Of a stretch of 64,000 nucleotides of DNA, positions 11,071-24,545 are shown piece by piece. Location of the stretch: contig MU058037.1 of NCBI GenBank assembly GCA_013265495.1, positions 1,799,498 to 1,863,497 of the forward strand, read 5' to 3'. Under the pieces are notes generated by a model. The model worked only from the letters and a program-made list of their open reading frames with translations. It was not told where the DNA came from and did not search any database. This stretch comes from Vicugna vicugna. Lineage: Eukaryota. The translations under genes and the position numbers were made by a program. The stretch's first letter is position 1, and every line of letters starts with the position of its first letter.

Positions 11071-14000
11071 TCTTTTTGTTTTATCAATGGTTTCCTTTGC
11101 TGTGCAAAAGCCTTTAAGTTTAATTAGGTCCCATTTGCTTATTTTTGCTTTTGTTTCCTTTGCCTTGGAAGATAGATCCAAAAAAAATATTGCTATGTCA
11201 TAGAGTGTTCTGCCTGTGTTTTGTTTTCCTCTAGAAATGTTATGCTTTCTAGCCTTCCATTTATGCATTTCATCCATCTTGAGTTTATTTTTGTGTGTGG
11301 TGTGAGAAAATGTTCTAGTTTCATTCTTTTACATATAGCTGTCCAGTTTTCTTAGCACCACTTATTGAAGAGAATGTCTTCTCTCCATTGGATATTTTTG
11401 CCTCCTTTGTCATAAGTTGATTGACCATAGATACATGTGTTTATTTCTGGGTTCTCTATTCTGTTGCATTGATCTATGTGTCTGTTTTTGTGTTAGTACC
11501 ACACTGTTTTGATTACTGTAGCTTTGTAGTATAGTCTGAAGCCAAGACGCATGCACCTTTATTCTTTGTTCTCAAGATTTCTTTGGCAATACGGGGTCTT
11601 TTGTGGTTCCATATAAATTTTAGGAATATTTTTCTAGTTTTGTGAAAAATGTCATGGGTATTTCAATAGGGATTGCATTAAATCTATAGATTGCTTTGGG
11701 TAATATGGATATTTTAACAATATTAATTCTTCCAATCCATGAATGTGGGATATTTTTACCTGGTTGTCTTTGTAGTTCTCTGTTGCTTTCTTCTTCTTTT
11801 AGTTTCTTTCCATGCTGTTTGATGATTTTCTTTAGTGGTATGCTTTCTTTCTCTCTTGTTTTTGTGTATCTATTGTAGGTTTTTGATTTGTGGTTACCAT
11901 AGGGTTCATATATGTTGATCTATAACTATATATACTTATTTTAAACTGGTAGTCATTTTGGTTCAAACACATTCTAAAAGAACTATATTTTTACTCCCTT
12001 CCCCACATTTTGTATTTGGATGCCATGTTTTACATCTTCATATTTCTCCCTTCACTTTTCATTGTAGTTGTGACATTTTACAAATGTTTGTCTTTTAATC
12101 TTCTTACTAGCTTATTTAAGTGGTTGATCCACAGCCTTTACTCTACATTTGCCTTTACTAGGGGGATTTTCCTTTCTTTATAGATTCTTACTTCTTATTG
12201 TACCCCCCCTTTTTTTTTCAACCATTTAAAGAAAGCCTTTAACATATCTTTTATGGTAGGTTTAGTATTGATGAACTCTTTTAGTTTTTGTTTGTTTGAG
12301 GAGTTCTTTATCTCTCCTTCAATTCTGAATGATAATCTTGCTGGGTAGAGTATCCTAGGTTACAGATTTTCCCCTTTAGTATTTTAAATATGTTATGCCA
12401 CTCCCTTCTGGACTGCAAAATTTCTTCAGAAAAATCCACTGATAGCCTTATAGGGGTTCCCTTGTATGTGATTCTGTTTTTTTCTTGATTTTCTTTGTAT
12501 GTTTAACTTTTGCCATTTTAATTATATGTCTTGGTCTGGATCTGTTAGGATTCATCTTGTTTGGGATCCCATTTGTTTCCTTTACCTGGGTATCTGTTTC
12601 CTTCTTCACGTTTGGGAATTTTTCAGTCCCAATTTTATCAAATACATTTTTGACCTTTTTCTCTCTCTCTTCTACTTCTGGGACACCTATAATGTGAATG
12701 TTGATATACTTGATGTTGCCCTAGACATTCCTTAAACTGTTATTTTTTAGAATTTGTTTTTCTTTTTGCTGTTCTGATCATGTGACTTCCATTATTGTAT
12801 CTTCCAGATTACTTATGTGTTTTACTGTATCATCTATTTTGCTGTTAATTCCTTCTAAGTATGTTTTTCATTTCAGTTATTGCATTCTTCAATCTGAGGG
12901 TTTTTTTTTTAATATTTTCTAGTTCCTTGTTAAAATTCTCACTCTTTTCATCGATTCTTTTCCCTAACTCAGTTAGCATTCTTATTACTAATGCTTTGAA
13001 TTCTATCTCATAAATTGTTTATTTCTATTTCATTAGTGTTTTTAAAGTGTTTTTCTCTTATTCCTTCATTTGAAATAAATTCCTGTGTCTTCTCATTTTG
13101 CTTAACTTTCTCTGTCTCTTGAAATTAGGTGAAACACCTATTCTGGTCTTGAAGGGGTCTTTAGGTGGGAGTGTCCCTATGCATTCTGTGTGTGCATAGT
13201 GCCTTTGGTGGGAGAGGTAGCTCCAACATGTACATGAGTAATGTCTTCCGTCTAGGTATGCTGGCAGCTATGTTAGGAGTTGGGGCTGGAGATGGAGGGG
13301 CTAGAGCCAGAGCCAAGTGTGAGCCTGGACTTCTCTGCTCAGTGGCCAATGCCACCCTATTGAGTGTGGCGGAGGGCAGTTCCCAAGTTGCTGAAGCAGA
13401 ATCCCTGAGGATCAGGTCCAAGCTGGCTCCATTCCCTGTAAGTGTGTGTCCCCCACTTCCCAGCACAAGTACCCTTGCCCCAGAGGAAGGCAGTGCTGGA
13501 GCAAGAGGGGCTGTAACAGGCACTCAGCATGGGCTGAGGCACTGGCTGTGGCAGTCCCAGCATCAGTGAGAGTCCTGAATGCTGTTCCTGGTTCATGCTG
13601 CCTCTGTCTTTCACAGCCACACACTCCCCTCAGCCGTGACAGCCCTGACCCTAGTGTGGAGCTGCCTCTTGTAGTAAGAAGGGTTGGAACTGGTGCTTGG
13701 CTCAGGCTGGGGCATGCACTGGGGCAGTCACAGGAAACCACCCAAAGTCCCTGGCAGTTTCAGTCTGCTTCCACAGCCTTGTTTTGGGAATACACAAGAA
13801 TGTGCATACTCTTCATGAGTGGAATGTAGGTTTCTTACAGCCGTACTGTCAATCCCAGTGGTCTTCAAACCAGCTAAGGGGACTTGTCCTCTTGATGTCA
13901 CACCCCAGGACTAGGGTGCCCAATATGTGGTTTGCATGGCTCACTCCCTAGGGAGAATCTCCAAGCCCGTGTAACCCCCCTCCTCTTCTGTGTCCCTTCC

Positions 14001-14209
14001 CAGGGGTACAGGTCCCTACTTAATTGCCTCTCTTCTCTTCCTACAGGACTCTGTGGATATTTCTTAAAGCCTTAGTTGTATAAGAGTCATTCTGCCAGTC
14101 TCCAGTTTGTTTTTAGTGAGAATTGCTCCATATGTATATTTTTTGATGTATTCATGGGGAAAGGTGAGCTCTGCATCCTTCTACACTCTGCCGTCTTGAT
14201 CCTGTCCTC

Positions 14210-14900
14210 ACACAGATACATTTTTTAAAAGCAGTAAAACATCCAAATTGTAGTATAAAGGAGAAATAAAAGGAAAGTATAATAAATGTGTTTCAGTGAT
14301 GTGTTTTATAGTATGTAGTTCATTTCAACAATGTATTTTATTACATATAATACATTACATAGAAATATGTAATTTATAATATATTTCAATATGTGTATAG
14401 GCATGATTACACTTTAAAACATGATGTCAATTGCTTGCATCCATTATTATAATCAGTAAATACAACAGCTATAGATGCAGATCAATCCAGGTGTGTTGTA
14501 CTAGTAACTCAAATATGTACACAGCATTGCCTTAGGGATATGATTTTTCCTGAAAGGTAAATAACTCTTGTTAAAGTTCCAAAGAAGGCTCATGAAACAA
14601 AATACAGCCTTGCTTTGATTTATACAGTGGTTGCATTTCTATAAAATTCAGTGCAGATTAATACCTTTCAAAAAACACTTTGTGTGACATGGAGTTAGGT
14701 TCTAAGTGTAAATACTTATAAATGGGATTTTCACCTACATGGCTATCAGGGAAGATATTAGAAACTTCTGTGGGATATAGAACAGTTGTTTGCTGTATGT
14801 CAGTGTTTTACCCCTGGCCTACCAAATGGCAGTACCATCCCCAAATCATTGTGAAAATTAAAAATTCTCTTTCAAGTTTCCAAAATACTCATTATTGGCA
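14210..14900. mobile_element. hAT-Charlie-like DNA transposon, right part
   Basis: AT-rich body ending CCCCTGGCCTACCAAATGGCAGTACCATCCCCAAATCATTGTGAAAATT, resembling MER20/Charlie subterminal sequence. Confidence 0.45.
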
Positions 14901-15624
14901 GTTCATATCCTGATGGGTGTTGGGGGTCAGCCACAGACTTCAGCCAAAGGTTCGTTTTACCTCTTACACTAACATTCTCTGACCTTGGGCAAGTCATTGT
15001 ATCTTTTTGAATCTCAGTTGAGAGAATGGTGGGGGGATGGAACTAGGGATGCATAAAGCCTGTTTTGCAGTATAAGGTGGAGAGAGACTCGTCTTCAGAG
15101 TGTATCAGTCATACAGCAGCTTCAAGACTCTTAGCTGCTAGTGCTTTGGGAGATCTTGCTCAATATTCTTCTGGAGTTCAGACCACATCAATCTCAGGAT
15201 AAGAGTTATACTTGTTATGAATCAAATCTTTCTTATTTTTTCTGTTGACTCTTGATTTATTAGACCACCCAGTCCTTTGAGAAAATCAAGACTAGAAAAA
15301 TTTTCACTGGTACTCATCTCCATGCACTAATTGATTCCCAAACCCTGCCCCAAACCTTAAGTATTCTCACTGGACCTCCAAATAAGAGCCTATTTCCCAC
15401 CTTACACCTTGGATGCATTGGAATGTCAGCACAGGCTGTTTGATCAGGCTCTCTGAGTCTAGTCAGGGAGAAAGAATGAAGACATCATTGGAACTGAGAG
15501 CGTGTTTCCAAATCCTAGATTCTCACTCTCCAAAAGGAAGGTGAAAAAGTAAAATACCTTCAGGTTATTTTGGAGTAGTGCTAGTTGCATGTCTTTTTCC
15601 TCTTTATAGTAGTAAGCAGAGTGA

Positions 15625-16093
15625 TAGATGGTATTAATTTGTTTACAAATCTTTCCCTCCCTGCCCTTGCCATGGATTGTGAATGTAGAGAATATACTTC
15701 CTCAATCCACTAATGTTTGGCTTAGTCATAAGATTTGCTTTAGCCCATTTAAAGTGGGCAGAATTGAGAGTATGACAGTTTTCAGTTGTAGGCTTCAAAG
15801 AAATATGGAAGGTTTCTGTCAGCCCTCTTATAAACCTATCCTTTGTCATGAAAAGAGCTTGACCTGTTGAACAGCTACTGGTTCCAGAATGAAGGGATAT
15901 GCAAAACAGACGTATGGTCAGTCATAGTCGGGAGCCAAGACATGTAAGTTCAGTCAAGTCCATTTGGCCAACAGCTGACCTGTATAAGTGTCAGAGAAAT
16001 ACGTATTTGTGGTTTTAAGCCACTGAGAATTGGAGAGGGGAGGGGAGGGAGAAGTCTGTTAAGCAGTCCTAATGTTAAAAACCTGACTGATAT
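15625..16093 (+). mobile_element. MaLR solo LTR (MLT1H-J-like)
   Basis: TTTGGCTTAGTCATAAGATTTGCTTTAGCC and 3' GGTTTTAAGCCACTGAGAATTGG...CTGACTGATATA. Confidence 0.7.
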
Positions 16094-16869
16094 AGCAGAC
16101 TAGTTCCACAGTAGGCACCTCACAACATCATGAAAGAAGACACCACACATTAAGTTGTGGTCAACAGCTAGGTTTGCCCCTTGAAAAAGAGGGTCTAACT
16201 TCTCTAACTTGGAGATTCAGTAAGGTACTTAAGGTTTTTGGCAAAGAGTGAGGATCAGGTAGTAAGAAGATATGATTACCACTGAAAGTTTTCCTAGCCT
16301 AGATTTTCTCAAGGGATTGGGTGGCTTAAATAAAGCACTAGTCATATGAAAAAAGGAAAATTTGCACTATATCATGGGTAGCTCTTATCTTGAGAATGGT
16401 GATATCTAAGCCCCAGAAGACTATTGGCCAAGATGCCCCCAAAGCATTAGAAGTCTCAAAGCTGCTATGTGATTGATATCCTCTCTGATCTCCTTATACT
16501 TTAAAATTATTTCATTCAATGGAATGAATGAAAAAGAGGAACTCCATTGGAAGTGGTTAGTAATAGTAGTAAAACAACACTCCATGTGTCTGAAAAAAAT
16601 TGAGGAGAAAAATCTGAAGCAGATAGAAGCAGTTTGGTGTGAATTGTAATGGTGCCCATATTGGAGTGCTGCTTCAAAGTTAATTAGCACTTAGAGACTT
16701 GGTAATGAAACCTGAACAGTTATGCTGGAATGAGGGGCATCATTTACACAGCTGAAGGGAATGCTTGGATTGCCAATTGAAGTTACTGTGGAGAACCTTA
16801 TTAAATTAAATCTAATGAAGGAATGGGATGAAACATCATCAACTATATTTTCATCAACATTTTAAATTT

Positions 16870-17035
16870 CAGAGGATCATAGAATATTTTCAAGCTGGAA
16901 GGGATCTTGGAATTTGGTCTAATACTTTCAATTTTACCAGGAAATTGAGATGCAAGAAAATTGAGTAGTTCTGCCTAAACTCACAGATAGTAGCAAATTT
17001 AGCACTGGAGTCCAGGATCCTGAGTTTACTGCCTC
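16870..17035 (-). mobile_element. MIR SINE
   Basis: AAGCTGGAAGGGATCTTGG...GGAAATTGAGATGCAAGAAAATTGAGT reverse MIR core. Confidence 0.55.
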
Positions 17036-18167
17036 TTTTCATCTTTTGTTCTTTGTTTTTTTAATTCTTAATTTTAATAATTTAATCAAATTATCCTAGG
17101 AAATAAAGAGAAATAAAAGAAAAATTCCCTTAAAACTGCTACCTAATCTGTTTCTTGAAAGTTTGATATTTTGCTGAGTGGGTATGGGTGATTGGTTTAG
17201 ACACTTAGCTTCTTTACTTTCTGCTCTGACAACGTTTTGAAGATATTTTTCTTTCTGCTACTATTACTTGGAAATTCCAGTACTTCAAAGCCTTATGTAA
17301 ATTTCACTTCATAGAGGAGGAGCTGGTGAAACAAGTGGCAACATGAGAGGTTTTTAAAGTCCTGAGGACATATACTAACAAAAATATAGGTCTCTGTTTA
17401 AGGGAGGATAAAGAATGTTTAGATTACTTCCTGCTTACTCTTAGTGAGTTCTGTGTAATGTTTTTTAATTGAAAATTTTTATTTGAGATAATTTTAGATC
17501 ACATACAGTTGTAAGAATACCACAGAGAAATCCAGTGTACCCTTTACTCAATTTCTCCAAATGGTAACATCTTGCAAAACTATAGTATGGTATCACAAAG
17601 GACATTGACATTGATATAATCTACCAATCTAATTCAGATCTCCTGTTTTACCTTTATTCTTGTGTATGTGTGTGTATGTCCTATGTAATTTTATCATATG
17701 TGCTCACTACTATGGTCAAGCAAAAAAAAAAAATAGTTCTGTCACTGTGAGGATCCCTTGTATTGCCCACCTCCCTCTTCCTACCCAGCCCCAATCCTGA
17801 TACCTAATCTGGTCTCCATTTCTATAATTTTGTCATTTCAAAATGTTATATTAATGGAATAAATCAGCATTTAACCTTTTAGGATCAGCTGTTTTCATTC
17901 AGCATAATTCCCTGGAAATTCATCCAAGTTGTTTTGTGTATCATTCCTTTTTATTGCTGAGTAGTATTCCATTGTATGGATATACAGTAGTTTGTTTAAT
18001 CAATTACCTGTTAAAAGATATCTGGTTTGTTTTCAGTTGTTGGCTATTATGAATAAATCTGCTATGATCATTTGGATATAGGTTTTTGTGTGAACAAAAG
18101 TTTTCATTTCTCTGAGATAAATACCCAAGACTGCAATTGCTGGCTTATGTAATAATCACATATTTAG

Positions 18168-18372
18168 TTTTTTTTAAATTGAAGTATAGTCATTTACTAT
18201 GTGTCAATTTTTGGTGTACAGCATAATGTCCCAGTCACACATATATATGCATATATTCATTTTCATATTCTTTTTCATTAAAGGTTATTACAAGATATTG
18301 AATATAGTTCCCTGTGCTATACAGGAGAAATTTATTTTTTATCTATTTTTATATATAATAGTTAATTTTTTT
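18168..18372 (-). mobile_element. Camelid-type L1 3' fragment nested in old L1
   Basis: TTTTAAATTGAAGTATAGTC...GAATATAGTTCCCTGTGCTATACAG; imperfect TSD TCACATATTTAGTTTTT / TCACATATATTGTTTTT. Confidence 0.8.
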
Positions 18373-20346
18373 TCACATATATTGTTTTTAAAGAAATTGC
18401 CAGGACTGTTTTCCAGAGTGGTTGTACCATTTTACATTCCCACCAGGAATTTGTGAGTAATTCACTTTCTCCATATCATCACCAGCATTTGGTATTGTCA
18501 CTATTTTTTATTTTAGCCATTCTGATGGATGTATAGTGATATCTCATTATCGTTTTAATTTGCATTTCCCTTATGGTCAATTATGTTGAACATCTTTTCA
18601 TGTACTTGATGTGATATTATTTTTTTGGATACAATTATCAAGTTTCTCCTTTTATGGATTTTGCTTTTGATATGAAGTGTAAGAACTATTTGCCTAGCCC
18701 TCGATCCTAAAGATTTTCTCCTGTTTTTTCCTAACAGTTTTATATTTTACATTTAAGTACATTATCCATTTTGAGTTAATTTTTATATAACAGATGGGGG
18801 TCAAGTCAGGATTTTCCTTTTCCCATTTGTATCCTTGTATTTCTTGAAAAGGCTGTCTTTCCTCTTTTGAATTACTTTGTATGCATCTTTGTCAAAAATT
18901 AATTAAAAATATTGATTTGAGTCTTCTAGGTTCTCTATTACATTGGTCTATTTGTTTATCCCTTTGTTCACACAACATAGTTTTGACTATGTAGCTATAT
19001 AGTAAGTGTTAGTATTGGGTAGAGTGATTCATCCTGCTTTGTTCTTTTTCAAGATTGTTTTAGGTATTCTAGGGCCTGTGTCTTATCATATCAATTTTAG
19101 AATAATAATCTGATATCTATAAAAGTATTAATGGAATTCTGATGGAAATTATAACCTATAAATCAGTTTAATGAGAATTGGTACCTTTGCTTTGTTGTCT
19201 CCTCTAATACTTAAACATGATATGTCTCTTCACTTATTTACATAATCTTTGATTTTTTTATCAGCATTTTGAAATCTTTAGCATACAAAACCTTATGCAT
19301 TTTGGTAAATGTATAACCAAATATTTACTTTTCTTTGGAGTCAATGTAAATGATATCACATTTTAAATTCTGCATGTTTATTATTAGTATGTAAAAAGGG
19401 TAATTGATTTTTGTTTGTTAATATTGTATTTTGTAACCCTGCCAAACACACTTTTAATTCTAAGATTTTTTTTGGAGATTCGTCAGGATTTCCTACATAG
19501 ATAATCATTTCATCCACAAATAGGGACAGTTTTATTTTCTTCTTTCCAAACTGTACCCTTTTTATTCCTTTTTCATATGTTATTGCAGTGGTTCCAACTT
19601 CAAGTTCTATTTTGAATAAGACTGGTGAGAATGATCATCCTTCCCTTGTTACCAGTCTTAGGGAGAAAGCATTCAATCTTTCTCCATTAAGTATGATGTT
19701 AGCTTTTGGTATTATGTAGATGTTCTTTTTCAAGTTGAGGTAATTTTCCTCCATTCCTAAGCTGCTGAGAGTTTTTATCACAAATGGGTGTTCTATGGGT
19801 GATATAGAAATGATTTTTCTATATCAATTGATATGATTATACTACTTTTCTTCTTTAGTCTGTTTATAGGGTGGATTACATTGATTTTCAAATGTTAAAC
19901 CAGATTTTCAGAACTGCGATAAATCCTACTTGGTCATGGTCATCTTTCTACACACTTTTAGATATTGTTTGCTAATGTTTAATTTTGAGAATTTTGCATA
20001 TAAGTTCATAACAGATTTTCTGTAACTTTTTTTGGGTACTGTCTTTGATTAGTTTTGGTATAAGAGTAATACTGGTGTCATAGATTGAGTCGGGAAGTAT
20101 TCCGTCCTCTTCTTTTATCTGGAAGAGCTGGTATAAAATTGATGTTAATTATTTCTTAATGTTTTGTAGAATTCTCCTGTGCAACTATCTGGGCCTGGAG
20201 ATTTCTTTTACAGGAGATTCTAAATCATAGATTCAATATCCTGAATAGGACAATTGAGATGATCTGTTTCATCTTGGTTGTATTTTGTAGGAATTGGTCC
20301 TTTTCTTTTAAATGGTCATATTTATGAGCATTAAGTTGTTCATATT

Positions 20347-20816
20347 TGTACTGATTTCCTAGGGCTGCAATAACAAAGTACCACAAACTGAGTGACTTAG
20401 AACAACAGAAATTTATTGTCTCCTACTGTAGGCTAGAAGTCCAAAATCAAGGAGTTGATAGGGCCATGCTCCTTCTGAGACCTGTATGGGAAGGATCATT
20501 CCTTGACTCTTTCAACTTCTAGTAGCCCCAGTTGTTCCTTGGCTTGTGGCAGCATAATTCTAATCTTTGCACAATGTTCTCCCTGTGTCTCTTCATATCA
20601 TCCTCCCCATATGCGTGTCTGTCTCTGCATCCAAATTTCTCCTTTTTAAAAGGACACCAGTCGTATTGAATTAGAGCCCACCCTGAATGACCCCATTTTA
20701 ACTTGATTATCTTTGTGAAAATCCTGTTTCCAAAAAAGGTCCCATTCTGATATGCTAGGGGTAAGGACTTCAATGTATCTTTTCTGGGAGAGAGTGGCAT
20801 AATTCAATTCATAACA
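20347..20816 (-). mobile_element. MaLR solo LTR (MLT1B/C-like) nested in L1
   Basis: TG...CA ends; CCTAGGGCTGCAATAACAAAGTACCACAAACTGAGTGACTTAGAACAACAGAAATTTATT; 5-bp TSD ATATT/GTATT. Confidence 0.9.
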
Positions 20817-23800
20817 GTATTATTCCCTTATTATCATTCTAATAGCTTCATGAGTTCTAGCGATAGCCTCTGTTTCATTCATGATATTGGTGATTGTGTA
20901 CTCTCTCTTTTTTTGTCAGTCTTGCTAGAGGTTTGTCAGTTTTCTTGATTCTTTCAAAGAACCAGCTTTCATTGATTTCCTCTTTTGTTTCCAATTTTCA
21001 ATTTTATTAATTTCTGCTCTTATCTTTATCATTTATTTCCTCTTGTTTGCATTGGATTTAGCTTGTTTTTCTTTTTCTAGTTTCTTGCAGTGGGAACTTA
21101 GATTAATTGATTTGCCACTTTTCCTCATTTCTAATATAAGCATTTCATACTATATATTTCCCTCTCAGAACCTTTAGCTGCATCCCACATATTTTGACAT
21201 GCTGTATTTTAATTTTAATCTATCTTTAAATTTCCTTTTAGACATCCTCTTGGACCTATGGATTTTTTTGTGTGTTATTTAATTTCCATGTGTTTAGATA
21301 TTTTCCTATTATCTTTCAGTTATTGATACCTAGTTTGATTCTGGTATGGTAGGAGAACATAGTCTGTATGATTTCACTTCTTCTAAGTTTGTTGAGGGTT
21401 ACTTTATGGCCCAGGATACAGTCTATCTAGTGAATGCTCAGTGTTGAAAAAATTGTGTATTCTGCTGTTGTTGAGTGGAATGTTCCATATATGTCCTGCT
21501 GGTTAAGTGTGTTGTACAGATTTTCTGTATCCTTGTTGATTTTCTATTAGTTTGACCTCTTGTTGAAAGGTAGGTTTTGATGTACCCAACAATAATTTTG
21601 GATTTGTTTATTTTTCCTTTCAGCTCTATCAGTTTTTGCTTTATATATTATGAGGCTCTTTGGTTAGGTATCTACACATTTAGAATCATTTTGTCTTCCC
21701 AGTATATTTATCCTTTTGTCATTATGTAATATCTCTCTTTGTTTTTTGTAGTTTTATTTGCTTTGAAGTCTTTTTTATCTAATATTCATATAGCCACTTC
21801 TGCTTATTTGTGATGTTTGCATGGTATATCTTTTTCCATCTTTTTGCTTTCAACCCATGTATGCTGTTGAATTTGAAGTCAGTCTCTTGTAAACAGCATG
21901 TAGTTGGGTCATGCTTTTTGAGCTCTTATGCCAATCCTGGTCTTTTGATTGGTTTACGTAGATCACTTACATTTAAAGTAATCATTGATATTTTAGAGGT
22001 TAAGTATGTCATTTTATTATTTGTTTTCTGTTTTTTTCCCCACTAGTTCTCATTTATTTGTTTCTCTTTCATGTCTTCCTATGTGTTATTTGACTATTTC
22101 TTAGGATTCCATCTTGATTTGTTTATAGTGTTTTTGAATGTCTATAGTTTTTATAGCAATTAATCTGGTTGTCATAGTGTATATATGATATCTACTGGTA
22201 TTAATATTTTACCACTTATAATAAAATATGAAATCATATTTCCATTTACTATTCCATTTACCATTTCATTTATACTCCCTACTTTTAAATATCATTGTCT
22301 TGAGCATCAGATTATGTTATAATTTTTGTTTCGATTATCAAATATTATTTATAAAACTCATGCAGATTTTTATTTTTAATACCCATATTTTTGCTCTTTC
22401 AGTTGTTCTTTCTTTCTTTTTGATGCTCTGAGTCCCTCTTGTTATTTCCTTTTTATCTGAAGAAATTCCTTTGGCCAGTCTTTAAGGGTGTATTTGCTAG
22501 TGACAAATTCTTTCAGTTTTCCTTCATCTGAAAATATTTTTATTTCCCCTTCATTCCTGAAGGATAGTTTCACCAGATATAGAATTTGAAGTTGACACTT
22601 TTTTTTCTTTTAGCATTTGAAAAATGTTTGCCACTTTCTTCTAGCTTTCATGGTTTCAGATATCATTTTAATTAGTGGTCCTCTCTAGGTAATTTGGTGT
22701 TTCTCTTGGTGTGTTTTCAAGAGACTTTTTCTTTGTCTTTAGTTTCCAGAAGTTTAAATATGATGAGTCTTATTTTTAGACTTATCCTACTTTAGTATCA
22801 GTCAGCTTCTGAAGTTTGTAGGTTTGTGTCTTGCCAAATTGGGAAAGTTTTCAGTCATTATTTCTTCTTAAACTTTTTCAGCCCCATTCTATTTCTGCTC
22901 CCTTTCTATGATTCTGATGATAGGAAACTTGGATCTTTTGTCATTGTCCTGCAAGTCTCTGAGGTTTTGTTTGTTTTTCTTTTTCAGTCTATTTTTCTCT
23001 CTGTTTTTCAGATTAGATAAATTCTATCACTTCTTCCTCAAGTTCACTGATTCTATTCTCTATCATCTCAACTTTACTCTTGAGCCCATCCACGAAGATA
23101 TCTTTTAAAATTTCTTATTCTATTTTTCAGTTTTATATTTCCATTTGGTTCTTTTATAATTTTTTATTCTTTGCTGAGATTTTCTATTTTTTCATTATTT
23201 AGAAGAGAATTTGTAATTGATTGTTGAAACTTTTTTTAAGATGGCTACTTTAAAATCTTTCTCTGATAATCTCAACATCTGACTCATCCTAGTGTTGGTA
23301 CCAGTTGATTATTTTTTCTCATTCAAGTTGTGATTTTTTTTGCTTCTAGGAATTATGAATAATTTTTAAATTGTATACTGAATATTTTGCTATTATGTTA
23401 GGAGACTCAGAGTGCCATTTAAATCTTTTATTTTAACAGGCTTTTGCCCTCTTTAAGTTTAACAAGGAGGTCTTGGTCTACTTTGGTGGGCTGTAGTTCC
23501 AATGACAGTTTAATTTTCAGAGCTTTTACAGTAATTTGGTTTACTTGGTTTATCTGGTGTCACTGGGTCTCCCACTAGTCTCTGCTGATGCTGCTGAGGA
23601 GGTGGAAATGTCCAGTTTTTTTAGATGGGAGAGGAAAGTCAGTCTCAAGCTTGTGGGGATAAAGAGGCTCCCCAGGTTGGGCTGCTTTTTGCAGCAGCAC
23701 CTCTCTACGTACTGCCTGGCTGGTCTCATAAAGTTTTAAAGTCTTTTAAAGTTATTTAATCCATCCTTTCATTTATTAATTTATTCAGTAAATAAATACT

Positions 23801-24211
23801 TATGGGGCACTCACTATAAGCTTGTCTCTGGAATTTTTATGATTCTCCAATTGTTGACAAATAAGAATTCTTAAGTATTCTTAAGAATTACAATCCCACA
23901 ATTGAAGTGGTTGTGGGAATGTAAGATCTGAAGTGACCTTAATCATAGTTTAAATTTAGCTAAAGCTCAGAAACAAAGGTCTAACTTTATTTTTCAGAGG
24001 TATAGCTAAATGAGAAATGTAACAAGGGAACATTTGACTCAAGGGTATCATTCAATTATATGTTTTGTACTCCTAGTTTTACACTGTCAGTCTAAGTATT
24101 TATTTGTCTTTTAGTGCATTTTATTATAGAAAATTCTACTTATCTTTCAAGACTATAGCCTTTTCTGATTCCCTCTAGATTTGACTTGTTCTCTTACTAT
24201 GCATTTGGTAC

Positions 24212-24545
24212 TATAGTGATTGTAAAAATGGCTCCAATCTTCCACTCCTCCCTGCATCCACTCCTTTTGCACTGATACTTTGCTGCTCCTCACATCAAGA
24301 GATGGAGCCTGTATAATTACTCCTTAAATCTAAGTTGGCCTTGTGACTTTTCCTTGACCAATGAAATACAGTGGGAGTGACAGTGGTCCAGTTTCAAGCA
24401 TGGGCCTCAGGAGTCCTTAAGCACCTCTCATTCTTTTATTCCTCTGCCCTTTTCCATGAGAACTATCTTGGGCTAGGCTGCTGGGAGATGAGCAAGCACA
24501 GGGAGCAGAGGTAAGTGGTTCCCACTAAGACTTTTGTAGACCATA
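24212..24545 (+). mobile_element. MaLR LTR fragment (MLT1G/H-like)
   Basis: AAAAATGGCTCCAATCTTCCACTCCTCCCTGCATCC...CATCAAGAGATGGAG...TTGGCCTTGTGACTT. Confidence 0.7.

Larger units (their letters stand above)
9853..14209 (-). mobile_element. LINE-1 with 5'UTR, decayed ORF1, ORF2 lacking EN/RT, and 3'UTR
   Basis: 5' end GAGGACAGGATCAAGACGGCAGAG...GAGCTCACC; GC-rich 5'UTR ~13150-14209; ORF1 remnants (EFKALVIRMLTELGK...ENFNKELENI); ORF2 resumes at [29 protein letters not shown] below ~11755; 3' end TATACTTCAATAAAAATAAAA. Confidence 0.9.
17460..23735 (-). mobile_element. Old near-full-length LINE-1 (L1MC/L1MB-like), heavily decayed
   Basis: 3' end TTTTATTTGAGATAATTTTAGATCACATACAGTTGTAAGAA...GGTAACATCTTGCAAAACTATAGT; continuous T-rich antisense ORF2 then ORF1 remnants; no intact frame. 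Confidence 0.85.

Noticed and set aside
13161..13951. Cluster of overlapping 84-134 aa ORFs
   Set aside because: They lie in the GC-rich L1 5'UTR, where stops are scarce on both strands; no recognisable protein
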